Below the pieces are notes generated by a model, which saw only the letters and a program-made list of their open reading frames with translations, had not been told where the DNA came from and did not search any database. 64,000 nt of DNA from Tricharina praecox. Taxonomy: Eukaryota. Below, one piece after another: positions 13,801-26,459 of this stretch. The position numbers and the translations under genes are program-made. How positions within the stretch are numbered: position 1 is the stretch's first letter; every line of letters begins with the position of its first letter. The DNA lies in assembly GCF_024521635.1 (NCBI RefSeq), contig NW_026250418.1, positions 372,001 through 436,000 of the forward strand. Reading direction: 5' to 3'.

Positions 13801-15915
13801 GGTCTAGATCCTGCAGGAATCTATCCATTTGCACCCTCGAGCTCAAAGGCTTAAAATCTCTCGGTCAGGTCGAGTCGAGTCACAACGGTTACCACCACCA
13901 CTACCACCGCCACCGAAGTCACAGCCAGTCCAGCAAACGGGCATCAGCATGCGGAGACGCGAAGCGATAAGCATGTGCCTCGAGTATGCAGATTCACCGC
14001 GAGCTCTGGACGGAAAACCCAGGAAGATCAGCAACCCGATATTACCTTTGAGTACTTCCTCCGTCGGTATCAGAATCCGCTTCTCCCAAAAAATAATAAA
14101 AGAAAGCGCAAAGAACGCGGCAGATACGCCCAGAGCCAACCAGCACGTCACGCCTGTATCTCGTCGCAAAGAACACTCCGCTTCAGGTCGGACATGCAAC
14201 TCCCAAGAGTCTGCACCACCACATCATGCATAGGTACTCTATGGATAAGCGGTGGAGGAGGCCTGGCCTGCGGCGGATACGGAAAAAATCCCAAGCCCTT
14301 CTTTTCTTCCTTCGTTTACGAGAGCGCTTCTAGAAGCCCCCCCTCCCCGCCACCGACGTCGAGCGACTAGCGAGATGGCTGTCGCAGGAAAATCTTTTCC
14401 TCACCACCGTCATCCCCCCTCCACCCGGGAAAAAAAATAAAAAAGTGCGAAGGTGTCGACGTGCCGTATCCGGACGTGCGAAGATTTCCTATGTGGCGGC
14501 CACCTCCGGTCGGGTCGGGAAGGCAGGTCCCGTGTAACCCCGCACGCACAAACACCGTCGCAGGTGATTGGCCAGTACGGACGTCGAGGCATGCCCGCAA
14601 GCCCGCGCGCAGATCCCCGCCCGGCCGCCCCCTGAGCCACTTTACTTTGTCGATCACTTCCCACTCCCGTCGTTAGAGCGGTACTTTCGGGACGGCCACT
14701 TGTGCTGTGGGGGAAAGTGGTTGGAGTTAGAGCTTACGCTTGCGCGAAAAAGACGACCATTCAAAATGACCGCGCTGCTGGAAGGTGGGGGAAACTAACT
14801 ACCACTGTCCGATAACGCATACATAAACAACTTGAGGGATAAGAGTTTTCTGCGTGGCTGGATAGGAAGGTACGTCTGCTCCACCCTGATGGATACTTTA
14901 CTTTTCAGGTCCGATGCTAACGTCTGCGAATAGGCACCGTATTTTTTATTTTGTTTGAAGTGCCGACATTCGACCACGCTATCTACATGTCACCGACAGC
15001 GCGTAACAAAGGGCTGGCCAGCCAACGATTGCCTCTGTGAGAAGGATATGCTAACACAATAGGGAGGAATACGAGGAGGAATCGTTGCGTCGAGACTTAT
15101 GGCGGGAGGGAGGGAGTGAGACATGGAGAACCCACCCGCGACCATACTAAGGCAGGTATCCGCAAAGAGATCGCTAAAAGAACCACAGGAGATGTTGGTT
15201 GAAGATGGCGGAATGCTATGCTCCGTAGACAGGTATGCTTCAGGATGAACCAGTGATTATTACAAACATGAATGCCTGCCTGCCCCCGAAATGAAACCAT
15301 CACTTCAATGCAGTTCGTGTCTCATCTCAGGCCCATGTCTTCCAATCCCAAATCTCCCAAATCTCCCCAGATCACATGGTCTCCACAGACCACAGACCAG
15401 AGACCACGGTGAACTATGAAGACGGAACTTGCTGTCTCGTCTCATCCCCCCGTGGGGAGACGGCGGGCTGGCGAATGGCACAGCAGACAGCCCATCATCT
15501 CCAGCCTCCATCTCCGACTGGAGGAGATATCCCTCGCCCACCAGCCAGCCAGCGACGACAGTAATCATCTCAACCACACTCCCTTATTCCTTATTCATTA
15601 TTCCTTATTCTATCCTCACCAGACCTGCGTGCGCACGCAGTCATGGTTACTCTACATAACCGGTCACAAACCGCTACAGTCATAGTTACCTACATACCTG
15701 ATATCTGCAATCCCCTCCCCTCCCACCTCAGAAGGTCACAAAAAATATCCTCCAGCGGGAAGGAAACAACACTTTCCCCGAACGTCAGCCTTTACGTACA
15801 CACTCCTCTCGTCCGTAGAGCAGAGCAGAGCGCTGTAGAGCACCGTAGAGCACCGGCTTTCCGCATACACGCCGTGTACTCTGTAGACTGCCGCCATCTA
15901 GCCAGCTATCCATCC

Positions 15916-16040
15916 ATCCAGAAGCCGGAAGCCAGAAGCCAGAAGCCAGAAGTCAGCAGCCAGAAGCCAGGAGCCAGAAGCCAGAAGCCCAGTAGATACG
16001 TACGCATTCCAGACCCCAGACTCCAGACTCCAGACTCCAG
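15916..16040. repeat. Heptamer tandem repeats (CCAGAAG)n then (CCAGACT)n
   Basis: Directly visible degenerate 7-mer arrays. Confidence 0.8.
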
Positions 16041-16908
16041 CGTATCCACGACATAAACCAAAAGAAACGAAAAGGAACAGAAAAGGAAAAGAAAAAACCG
16101 CTTCTTACAAGGCAGAAAGTGTAGGTACCGTATGTATGTAGATGTCGCCGCCAAAGGCCAGACCCATCGGCGAGGCGAGGCGAGGCGCTGAACGCCGGCG
16201 TATGTATATACTCTGAATCGAGTATCCCTTCTTCCTTCCTTCCGTACTTCCCCCCCCCCCCCCCCCCCCGCGAACCCCCCCTCAAATCACCGAATTCACC
16301 CTCCACCCCCCCCCCCCCCACCCTCGGTCAAATCAGGCTTGAGGTGTACATAGCCCGCCCTAGTAGGGCTGGGCTACCCTGCAGCACCGGTCCATGGAGA
16401 TCCGAAAAACTGGCCCCTGCTCGGTTCGTAAGATTTCTTCAGAACAAGGACAAGGCAGGGGTAGCTAGCTGAGCCCAACCTTCTATTTTTCCATGCAGAG
16501 AAAATTGCAAGAGCTATGTGGAGTACCCATAGCTTTAGCTAAAGCTCTATGTATAAGCCACAAGGTGGCAAACCATCACAGCGGGGGGGAGGCGAGGATG
16601 AAAAATGTAAATATTTGAATGTGAAGCTTGTTTGCTGGTATTATTCGCGAGAACCATCCAGATCGTGATGTACAATGTGTAGTAGAATCTAAGGTGTACG
16701 ACGCGCAGAACAAAGGAAAAGAAAAGGAAAAAAACAGCCATGCCCCGAAACCGTGCCCCAGAAAAGTAAAGATGAAGAAAAAACCAGCATCAGGAATCCG
16801 CGCTTTTTAAGAAGACCCAGAAAAACAACCATTAAACTTGTGAAAGTCCGACAAAAAAACACCATGACCCAAACTCCGTCTAATGTGGTCGTCGCGTCTC
16901 CGATCCGT

Positions 16909-18154
16909 CTACCAAGTGCAGTATCCACCCTGAGATATGTCAGTACGAGTAAGTTCACAGTTTCAGAAGCAGATTAACTTACGTCGATGATAACATCAGT
17001 GCCCGTCATGTAGGTGGAGGCATCCGAAGCCATGAAAACAGCCAGATTGTTAAGCTCGTCGACGTTGCCCAGACGGTTCATGGGGGTGCGCTCCTTCCAG
17101 AGTTTCTTCTGCGCGTCAAGAGCGGGTACGCGGTTCAGGGCGGTGTCCATGTATCCAGGCGAGATCGAGTTGACCCGGATGTTGTAACGAGCCCACTCCG
17201 CTGCGAGCGATTTTGAAAGCATGATCACAGCCGCTTTCGATGCGTTGTAACACGACTGCTGCTGTGGCCAATTCACGATATGTCCGGACATGGAGGCGAT
17301 GAAGATCATGGAACCTGGAGAATTGGCCTTGATCATCGTGTTGCCAACCGCCTGCGCACAGACGAAGGTACCGGTGAGGTTGATGTCGATAAGACGACGG
17401 AACATCTCGACATCGTAGCCCTCAGCAGGAAGGTTGGAACTGCATACACGTCAATAAAGCTCGTCACGATAGATCGACAGAAGAAGTAACTTACTCGGCG
17501 ATACCAGCTGCGGCGACCAAAATGTCAATCTTGCCGAACTCGCTAACGGTCTGCAAAAGAGTCAGTAAGGATGCCAGCTGTGATTATTAATATCGAATAA
17601 CTTACAGCATCGACTGCGGCTTGAACAGAATCTTTCTGGCGAACATCCACTTGGTGGAAGACAACCGGGATGTTGAACTTCTTTGTCAGTTCGATGACCG
17701 CCTCGTCTCCGTGTTGCTTGAGGACATCGAAGATGACGAGAGCTTTGAGATTGACGTCACAGAGAGCGTCGGCGATGCTGTTTCCGAGGCCACGAGCGCC
17801 ACTAAGAGATGTTAGAATCGCTGTGACATCCGAGCAGGCTCCAGTTGGAATGGATTCGGAAGACAGAACTTACCCAGTAACAACGGCAACCTTGTCGTTC
17901 AAGGTGAACTTAGACAAAGTGGGGGTGATTGTCTGAGCCATCTTGGGAGTAGCCGAAGCCTTGATGTCCGAGATCAGACTCGAGATCTTCTTCGCGTCGA
18001 CAGAGCTCTGGGAGCTCTTGGGTGCGGTCGGGGTCGGATCGTTGCGAATAGGCCCGTTCGACAAGAGAGCCCTCTGAACGAACGCGGCGGGGATCTTGAC
18101 GGTCTTGATCGAAGCCAGAGGCCTCGACACGGAGACGATGCGGCGAGCGTACAT
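16909..18154 (-). CDS. Short-chain dehydrogenase/reductase, D-arabinitol 2-dehydrogenase / sorbose reductase-like, with an N-terminal extension
   Basis: KVAVVTG/GARGLG Rossmann motif, IASMSG, catalytic YNASK, IRVNSISPGYMDT, YMTGTDVIID-(intron)-GGYCTW*. About five exons with canonical splice sites. Confidence 0.92.
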
Positions 18155-19701
18155 TTTTTCTTGTGTTAGAGAGGAGAAGTGTAAAGGAGTTGTATGGGAG
18201 AGATTGGTTGAATGTGCAGCGGGGGGAGGGAGGAGTCGACTTGAGGATGATGAGATGGAAAAAAAAAAGAGAGGAGGAGGGCGGGTTGCGAGCTATTTGA
18301 GGGGGAGGCGATGAGGCTCCGGGAAGCTTCCCAAGAGCTCGCTCCCCCTGGCGGAGACCCCTCGGCCGAACCCTACAGAGGGTCCCCCACCCTAGCGTGG
18401 GTCCCAACGCCGCTACCCCTTCAAAACAATCCACTTTTTTTGGCCGCTCTAGTCTGATGGGATGCATCTGATACATGTTTACATCTCTTGCGTAGACACA
18501 CTTGACTCGACAACACCGAGAACGCAAGCAAAGGAAACCGTGTCGTCCGAAAATTGACGGCATCGTCACGACGATTCTGCGTGTCCCGCTCGACATTTCG
18601 CGTAGCTGGGACCTGTTCTCGCCGACATCCAAAGCAAAAAAAATGCCGTCCCAGCGGTCAGACAGGCAGCTTCTGTGACACAACATGACAGTGAAGTGAT
18701 GGATGCTTGTCACATCCATCGGTCTCACCCACACTTCGACCCACACACACACCCACCCACACACTCACATTCTTAACCGCTCCAACGACAAAAACAAACC
18801 AAACCAAAAAAAGCAAAACCAAACCACTACATACAAACCGCCACAAACAACAACATCGGCGGTGGGATGTACTCCGTACTCGCCGCTGCTGCTACTCCTC
18901 ATCCCATCCTTCTACTCGCCTCGGCGAGTAGACGAGACGATACAATGCTATTGCTTCTGTAATTTTCCGACACCTTCCCTTGCTTCCCACCTGTGGTGGT
19001 GTCCCCTTATCTCGCCTCGCCACCAGCACACACACCCATCGTACATAAAAACAAAAAACAAAAAATAAAAAAAATGCGAAAGGGTGGTGTGGGTGGGACT
19101 GGTCCGTGCCCGTTCCTCCCGACGCATGGCCAGGGGTAACAAAAAGCTTGTTTTGTGCGGCTCCGTAAAGGTTGAGCAGCACACGTCGCATCACTCGACA
19201 CAATTGTTCACGATGTCGCCACCTTCCGAGCTCCGAGAAAGAAAAAAAACCACCATACCGCAATGGTGAGATCTCCGCTGCCCGGAGGAACGGGCTGCGA
19301 TGGCGGAAACGAGCACAGGTCACGCGCGGCGCGGCGGCGTTTGGACCCTGTACATCCCCGCTGGCGCAAAAACTAGTCGAGGAACAAAGCGCGAAGCGCA
19401 AATCACATCAACTTTGGTAGTTCCAACAGATCTGACTCCTATTTCCGAACTCCACCCGCCCGGCGGCCCTGGCCACCCCGCCTTCTGCCCTCCAAGGTTC
19501 CTTCGCCATCACGGCGACTTCTGCTAGCTCCATATCACAACATACCACAACCGAAGGGAAGAGAAAAAGAAAGAGACAAAAGAAAAAGAAAGAGACAAAA
19601 GAAAAAGAAAAAAACATCCACTCTCATCGCCATCGAAGAGTTGTAAATCGATTCTAATCGACCGTCCCCCACCTCAACCAGACATAGACATTTCCATCAC
19701 A

Positions 19702-21722
19702 TCACAACGCTTCCACATAGTTGCTGCATCTTCGTTAGCATCAAGAAAAGCAGACACCTTATTTCCTTTCCCCCCACCGCACGTGCGGATGACGCGACGA
19801 AGGAGCAAAACGTACCTGGGAAATATTCCAGTATTTTCTCCAATTCGACCAGTCCACCAATCCTACCCCGCGCCGGCACGTCAGTCATGTCATGTCACTA
19901 GTTGTATGTACGCAATAGAAGCTCACGTTTTTGGAGTCGGTGCGCTTGACGATAGTTATGATATCGCCCTTCTTGAAGCCCAGATCTCCGTCCTGCGTGG
20001 CCGCGAATGTGTGTAACGCCACCGCCTGATTGGCGACGCCAGGTACAGGCTTCGGCGGGGCCTTAAAAACTGGCTTAGGGGCAGTGGGTCGCCCTGGTGG
20101 CGGACCCTTCGATCTGGCCGCTGAGGGATTATCCGAGTAAGTGCTACCACGGTTCTGGAACCTAGCGCTGCGGGACTGCTGCTGCGGGACTGAGCGCTCG
20201 ATATCGTCAAATGTCGTGCTCGGATCAGCCTGATGGCGTTCCCAGTACTCGCGGTCATCACCCCATGTAGAAGCTCTATTCCTCCCTACCGCCGCGGCCG
20301 ACGATTGCTGGGTAGTACCGAAATTTCCCATCGACGCTCTGTTTCTGCTCGGATTGCCGACCAATTCGGACCGTTCGGGGTTCCGCCGGTTGTCTCTGTT
20401 CCATGAGAAGTCATCCTGTCGGTCGGAATCGTCTTCGCATACGGGGACGTCGGCGTACAGGTCGTCGTAGTTACCACCCGTGTTATTACCAGCGAACACT
20501 TTCGAATTGAGTACTCGGAGCAAAATATCTGCTTCTGGCGGCGGCTGGACGGTTCCCGAGAGTAGTTGTCGTGCGGCAACCTGCAAAATCAGATATCCGT
20601 CTCGGACTCCAACTCCGTTTCTGCATCTTCACTTACCGGTCCTCCATAGAATTTGGTGTTGGCGTCTTTGCGCTCGACAATCACCGATCCCTCTAGCGAT
20701 ACACCGGCAAAAAGTCCCTTCGTTTTGCTGGCGGAATATATTAGTACCTCACTTGAATTCACTTCCACGTGGTTTATCCGCAAGAGTGCAGACAGCAGAG
20801 TACATACCTGTAGGAGAAGACACCAGCGACAGATCTCAAGCTTGCGGCGCCACTGGCCTCGACATTGCGCCCAACAGGTCCTGCAGCCACCGATACGTTG
20901 CCTCCCAAGGTCAAGCTAAATTGCGTCTGTGAGCTGGACCGGACCCGCTGAAATAGAGTAGATAGATTACCTTCCAGACTGCGCAAATGTTCTCACCGCA
21001 TTGCTATCGTTCAATATAAAGACGAAATCCGTGAGTTCGGCGCCGAGCTGTCCTCCCAATCCAGCGCTGCTCATCGTCAGCCCCCATCGCGCCCAAACAC
21101 CGAAATTCCCATAAACCGAGGATAAACCCACCCGGCAGTTCCGATTGCAGATGGCGCAGACCAAGCTGCCGAACACAGCCGTCAATATCGTAGAACAAAC
21201 CAACATCATTCGTGAGGGAGGACAAAGCATACTTCCATCCGGCCTCTTAGCAATGACCAAACCCGAGCCCGCCCTCACCGAGAAGAGAAACCCCGCTTTG
21301 GCAACTGAAATAATCGCCAGGCCCTAGTTACGATTCACCCCATCTCAGCTTCCAACATTCCCCCACTTCCCCCCACTCCCCTCCCTCATTCGAACGCGGG
21401 GGACAAGCGCACCTTTGCATTCGCCAGGATCGATGGCGGAATAATTTTATCAGGGCCGAACGACTGTTTCGGATCGACGAAGGACGTGAGGATCCGCGCC
21501 GCTTTGCGGCACTCGTTGCCTAAGCTCGAAGGTATGGGATTGCTGTAGGTAGTAGTAGAGTGCGCATTAGCTAACTAGATCATACACATGCACAATCGCA
21601 GGGGAAACAAAATGCCCATGAACACGTCCGGACGACTGCACTCCGCTGCGTCCGTCTGTGGGGATGAGGAACAGAAAGAAAGTAGTAGATAGTCGTATAG
21701 TTACGCACTTGAAGATAGGCAT
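19702..21722 (-). CDS. YSC84: Ysc84/Lsb3 family actin/endocytosis protein (SYLF/YAB domain + C-terminal SH3)
   Basis: MPIFN/PIPSSLGNECRKAARILTSF, KAGFLFSVRAGSGLVIA, GGQLGAELTDFVFILN, LTLGGNVSVAAGPVGRN, KGLFAGVSLEGS. SH3: AVALHTF...GDLGFKKGDII...DWWTG...GIFPSNYV. Many short exons. Confidence 0.93.
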
Positions 21723-23151
21723 GGCTAGAGCTCGAAACGTGGGTAGTCTGTCTGTCTGTCGGTCTGTCTGGCGGGCGGTTGTGGGAGTGGGATTGCGTGC
21801 GTGGGTGGGCGCTTGGTAGAGTAGTCGATGCTAGATAGAGGTGCGTTGCGTATATGAAATACGTTTCTGCTTTTACGTCTCGGCCTCAGTCCTTCTTGGC
21901 TGCAGGTGATAAGGTGTGTGTGTGTTGTAGAATACGTGGACGCGGCGGGCGAAGAGAATTCGAGTACATAAGCAAGGCCGGAAGGCGAGGGAGGCGGTGA
22001 TGTCAGTAATGGATTGGCGGAAGATGCCGAGACCTGCGCATAGTACACTACGCAGGGGAAGCCCGGAAGCCCCGCCTTTGAGCCGTGTATGTACGGAGAA
22101 AGCCTACTTCCGTCCCGAATGCGAGAACGCGTATGCTTACACTCTACGAGGCTGGGCTCCAAGCAAATATTATACTCTATAAAACAACTCAGCCACAGCG
22201 GTTCGGCCGATTCGAGACATGAACAAAGGCGAATTGCGACAGACAGGCCTCGGGCACGGCAGGTGTCCGCCTCAGACAATCATTTTGGGTTGCTCGGCGA
22301 GTTCTACCGGAGCACCCGCATCCATGCCAATTCCAGCTCCGGGAACCTGACAAGTGACAAGAGACCGCTGGGACGCTGGCGGCGGGGTGTTCTCGCGGCC
22401 AATGATTTCCGCGCCCCACGGGGGTGGCTGTTCAAACTTCAATGCGGAGTTCTCGGGACATGCGACTGCTTTCAGGCCGGATCTAAAACCGGTAATACTT
22501 CAAACAAAGCAGAGGCATTGCGGCAAACAAGGCATGATGTGCTCCATAGATTACTATACTTTACATCTCCGGCCAACTACCGGTATAGTCATCGCCAAGA
22601 GGCTCATATGTATGCCCAGACCCCGCCTCCTCCGGGATGAAAACCGTATATCAGGCATATCAGGGAGGCGGCGGAGCTTCAAGTTTCACGTAGGCGGACG
22701 AGGTGGACCTTACTGTGGTGCAGAGTTGCACAACCCCACCCATCGATTTCGCTACCGAATTCCCCAGCTTTCTTTACCTCCTGCCTACTTACATAGGATC
22801 TGCTGCCGCCGCAGGAGATCTATGTAAGCCCCGTTTATGCACTCAATCCGCGACACCATATGCATTGCGGGACATGACGTGAGGTCGTAAAGAATTGTAT
22901 GTAGTTGCCCACCTACAAGTAAGCAAGGAAAACGTTCAAATAACTAAGCCCAGCCAAACCCACATAACGAAACTCCGCATAAACATGACCAGCTGCCTGC
23001 CCTAAGAACTCCTTCAAAACAAAACGAAACTTGCAATGCAAAACCATCCCATGGCGTCCATACCGCCCGCCTGCCCACAACCAAACACGAATGTAATGAT
23101 ACATCTTAAAACGATAACCTAATAGAAATAAAGAAAACGACAAATGTTGGA

Positions 23152-24864
23152 TCACTGGAGGCTCATCTTCATGAGACCATCGTGGGTATCTGGTCTTCAA
23201 TCAGTGCCTGCCTCGCAACTCTTCAAGGAGTGAGTAACATACCGCTGAACCCCTGGAAATTAAGCCTTTTACCTCCTCCATTACCCCCAACGGGAGGCGA
23301 TTGGGCAAGTTTTGGGCTGTTGGAGAGGCTTGGAGACACCGCCCTTCTTTTGAAAACATTTGGTTCGAAGCGTTCCTCGGTATCCATGCGTCTCCGCTTG
23401 AGCCGGCGCATGTCCGCGGGAACGGTATTGGGCGAGTTGACGCAGGATGAATCGGAATGCATCTGCAGCTGTCAGTTTGTCGATACTGGATACTGGAAGT
23501 TTGGGTGCATGGAGTTGACAAACCATAATGTCTCCGTCGCTGCCCGTTCGCTGCTGCCCTGGATATGCAGGCGGGCTTCCACTGATGCCCTCCATTTGAT
23601 CGCCGAACCAAAATCCACCGTGACGTTCCGCCTGTTTCGAGAAACTTATCCCAACTCCGCGTCCACTGTCTCCGCTCTCTAGCTCGTCGTCAAGCAGATT
23701 GGCCAATTCGGATTCCATCGTTCGACTCTCTTGCGACATCTGTGGCGACATCTGCGGATCCTCATCTTCACGGATCTGCCTAGTGATTTCCGCCTCGCGT
23801 TTAACCTCCACATCGATTGGTGACGATTCCTCTATCAACGCCGCCTTGATCCGCTGGAAATTTTTCGTCTTGGGTAGCAACGATCCGCGTCGTGACACCG
23901 GTCTCCGAACGGGGTCTGGGCGGTCCGTTTCGTATTCCAGCGCCGACGGCCCAAGTGTCAAACTGTCCCTGCGCCTCATGAAATCGAGTCCTCCGCTCAT
24001 CATCGAACTGTGTGAGATGGGTTGCATAATCGGCGAGGGCGACATCATAGGTCTCGGCCTACTGATGCTCGCCCGCCGATTCTGTCTCGTCCCGAACCGT
24101 GCCTTCTGGTGGTTGAGAAGCGACATCGACGCGGCGGATTCGATGGGTGCGGGGTTAGTAGGTGTATTCGCAGATTGTGTGGCCGCATCCATCAGATCGA
24201 AGTCACCGTCCAAGTCGTCATCGAGCGACGAATCGCTATCGTCTCCGGACGGGGCGTAATCGAGCATCGAGGTGGAGCCAAGTGACGACGCATGGGACGA
24301 TCCCGGGTGAATGTGGCCGTGATTGTTGTTGATGGGGGATTCTAGCGGTCTGTAGTTTCCTCGAGGTATGGGATATCCACCACTGATAGCTAGAGGCGAC
24401 GAGTCTGGTGATTCCGCAATGGTCGAATGATGTAATGACGTACCTGGAAGAAATAGTCAGTACCGTGATTTTTGACAGCGTGAGCGGGATGATGGCTGCA
24501 CACATGATCGCGCAAAGTCCAATCGCGGTCGCCGTGCAACGGAGTAGCCCAGCGCTGGATCGAGAACGGGTGAGAGTGGATTGCGCGGCGGCATTTGGAG
24601 GGATAGGCGGTTGGAAACGCTCAATCGACGCGGTGTCAATGGGACGCCTGGGCTGCTCCCGTGGCCGTCTGTAGCTGTAGCTGCAGTGGTATTCATAACA
24701 ATGTCTAAATTCTTCGTTGGAGAGTCCTTCTTGCTATCGGGAGTCGCAGGCTTCGGGCTGGTTGCGGCGGTGGGATCGGTGTGCGCGGCGGCGGCGAGCT
24801 GCGACGAAAGCGAGGATACCACGACGCCGGTATTGGACGTAGAGGTTCGTTCCTTGGGCTGCAT
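23152..24864 (-). CDS. Conserved fungal hypothetical protein (Ser/Pro-rich, disordered)
   Basis: Spliced reading RRPRLDFARSCTSLHHSTIAESPDSSP, RRGSLLPKTKNFQRIKAALIEESSPIDVEVKREAEI, KRRAVSP and KRLNFQGFSDTHDGLMKMSLQ*. Three GT-AG introns join the ORF fragments in frame. Confidence 0.85.
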
Positions 24865-25182
24865 TCTCTAGGTGGATTGGAGTCGATATCGCCAAACAGT
24901 CATTCTGCTTGCTTATCTGTGAGGCGGGGTGGTGGGCGAGCTGTGAGTGGGCTGATTTCGGCGATGGTGGTTGGTGGGTTGGGCTGATGTGAAGAGGTGC
25001 GAGTGGTTGCCCTGCTGGGCTGCGTAGTGACGTTCCCCGCTTACCGAGAGTTCATGACCACTGACACACCTATCGACTCTACCGCGTGCAGCCACAGCCA
25101 AGCTCTAACACCACAGCATCACTCTCTACACGACGTCGCCGCGTTCCAAGCTACAAGCTCCAACACCAAACGCGACTTCACG
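24865..25182. promoter_or_regulatory. Short divergent (bidirectional) promoter region
   Basis: Only ~320 bp separates two head-to-head ATGs (24864 on minus, 25183 on plus). Confidence 0.6.
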
Positions 25183-26337
25183 ATGCAGGGCTTCAACATG
25201 GGGTGAGGACTTCCCTTCCCGCTACCTTCACGGGAGCTAATCACCCGAAACCCCAACTGCACAGACGTTATGTCCCTCCCGAGTTCGAGGGGCAAGTTAC
25301 GGGTAACAAGCTTCACGGCAAGAAAGCGCCCGGGTTACATGGCTCCAAACAAACCGTGCGGTTCGAGATGCCTTTCAACATCTGGTGCAGCACCTGCGAG
25401 GGGCACATCGCACAGGGTGTACGGTTCAACGCCGAGAAGAAGAAGGTTGGAAACTACTTCTCGACTCCGATCTTTGCCTTCCGAATGCGCCACACGGTCT
25501 GCTCGGGCTGGATCGAAATTCGAACCGATCCGCAGAATACGGCGTATGTGGTGACGGAGGGTGCCAAGAAAAAGGCGGCAGATGACGAACCGGCACTTGG
25601 GATTATCAAGATACACGACCCAGCGGAAGCCGCGGTGGAAGACCCGTTCGCAAAGATGGAGAAAAACGTCAAGGACAAAACGGAAATCAAACAGGGTGCG
25701 GCGAGAATTGAGGAGCTCCGGGAGCTCAGCGATCGTCAGTGGTCGGACCCGTGGCAGCACTCGCGGAAAATGAGGAAGGTTTTCCGAGTAAGTCCCCACC
25801 GTCTTCCTCTTTCACGGCACGCCTGTATGCCTGCTAATTGTGGCATAGGCCGAGCGCAAAGTGTTGGAAGAGAAAGCGACTGCAACAGAAGCCATCAAGG
25901 ATCGCGCCGGGCTGTCAATAGAGCTGCTGGATGAAGCTTCCGAAGATTCCGTCCGCGCAAAGCTCGTCACATTTGGGCCTGACCACGAACAGAAGGTGTT
26001 TGAAGCACACTCTAAGCCACTCTTTGAGAAGAAGACGGAACCGAAGACTACAGATACGACCAAGACGAAAGGCAAGCTGAAGAGTCAACAAGCGATGGAC
26101 AAGACGAGGGAGGCCCTGAAGAAAGACTTGATGCGGAATACGAGGGCAGCAATTGATCCGTTCCTAACATCTCAAGATCGGCCGCGGCTAGGCCTGGGGA
26201 TCAAGATCAATAAGAGGAAGGCTCGAGATACAGACGTGGAGACGAAGAACGCTGAAATTGGAGATAGCGTGAAGATTGGAGAGGTGGACGAGAAGAAGAC
26301 GCATGGGTTGCTAGGGTTGGATTACAGCTCAGATTGA
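25183..26337 (+). CDS. YJU2B: CWC16/Yju2 family splicing factor, Saf4/CCDC130 (YJU2B) type
   Basis: MQGFNMG-(intron)-RYVPPE, VRFEMPFNIWCSTC..HIAQGVRFNAEKKKVGNYFSTPIFAFRM..C..WIEIRTDPQNTAYVV, WSDPW. Second intron at ~25788-25848. Confidence 0.92.
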
Positions 26338-26459
26338 GGCTTGATGATACCTCTAAGAGCAAGGAATCAATACACCCTCGTGCACGGTGTTTTCCTGTTG
26401 AATTCCATCGTGCATGTCATTACATCATAATATCTCACTCGTACTGTTTTTTTTATCGT

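Noticed and set aside
16420..16445. Hammerhead-like CTGAAGA...GAAC on the minus strand
   Set aside because: Lacks GAAA and stem II, and no cleavage-site helices were found.
17910..18764. 284-aa minus-strand ORF overlapping the SDR start
   Set aside because: Alternative frame running through promoter/UTR, with no recognisable protein features.
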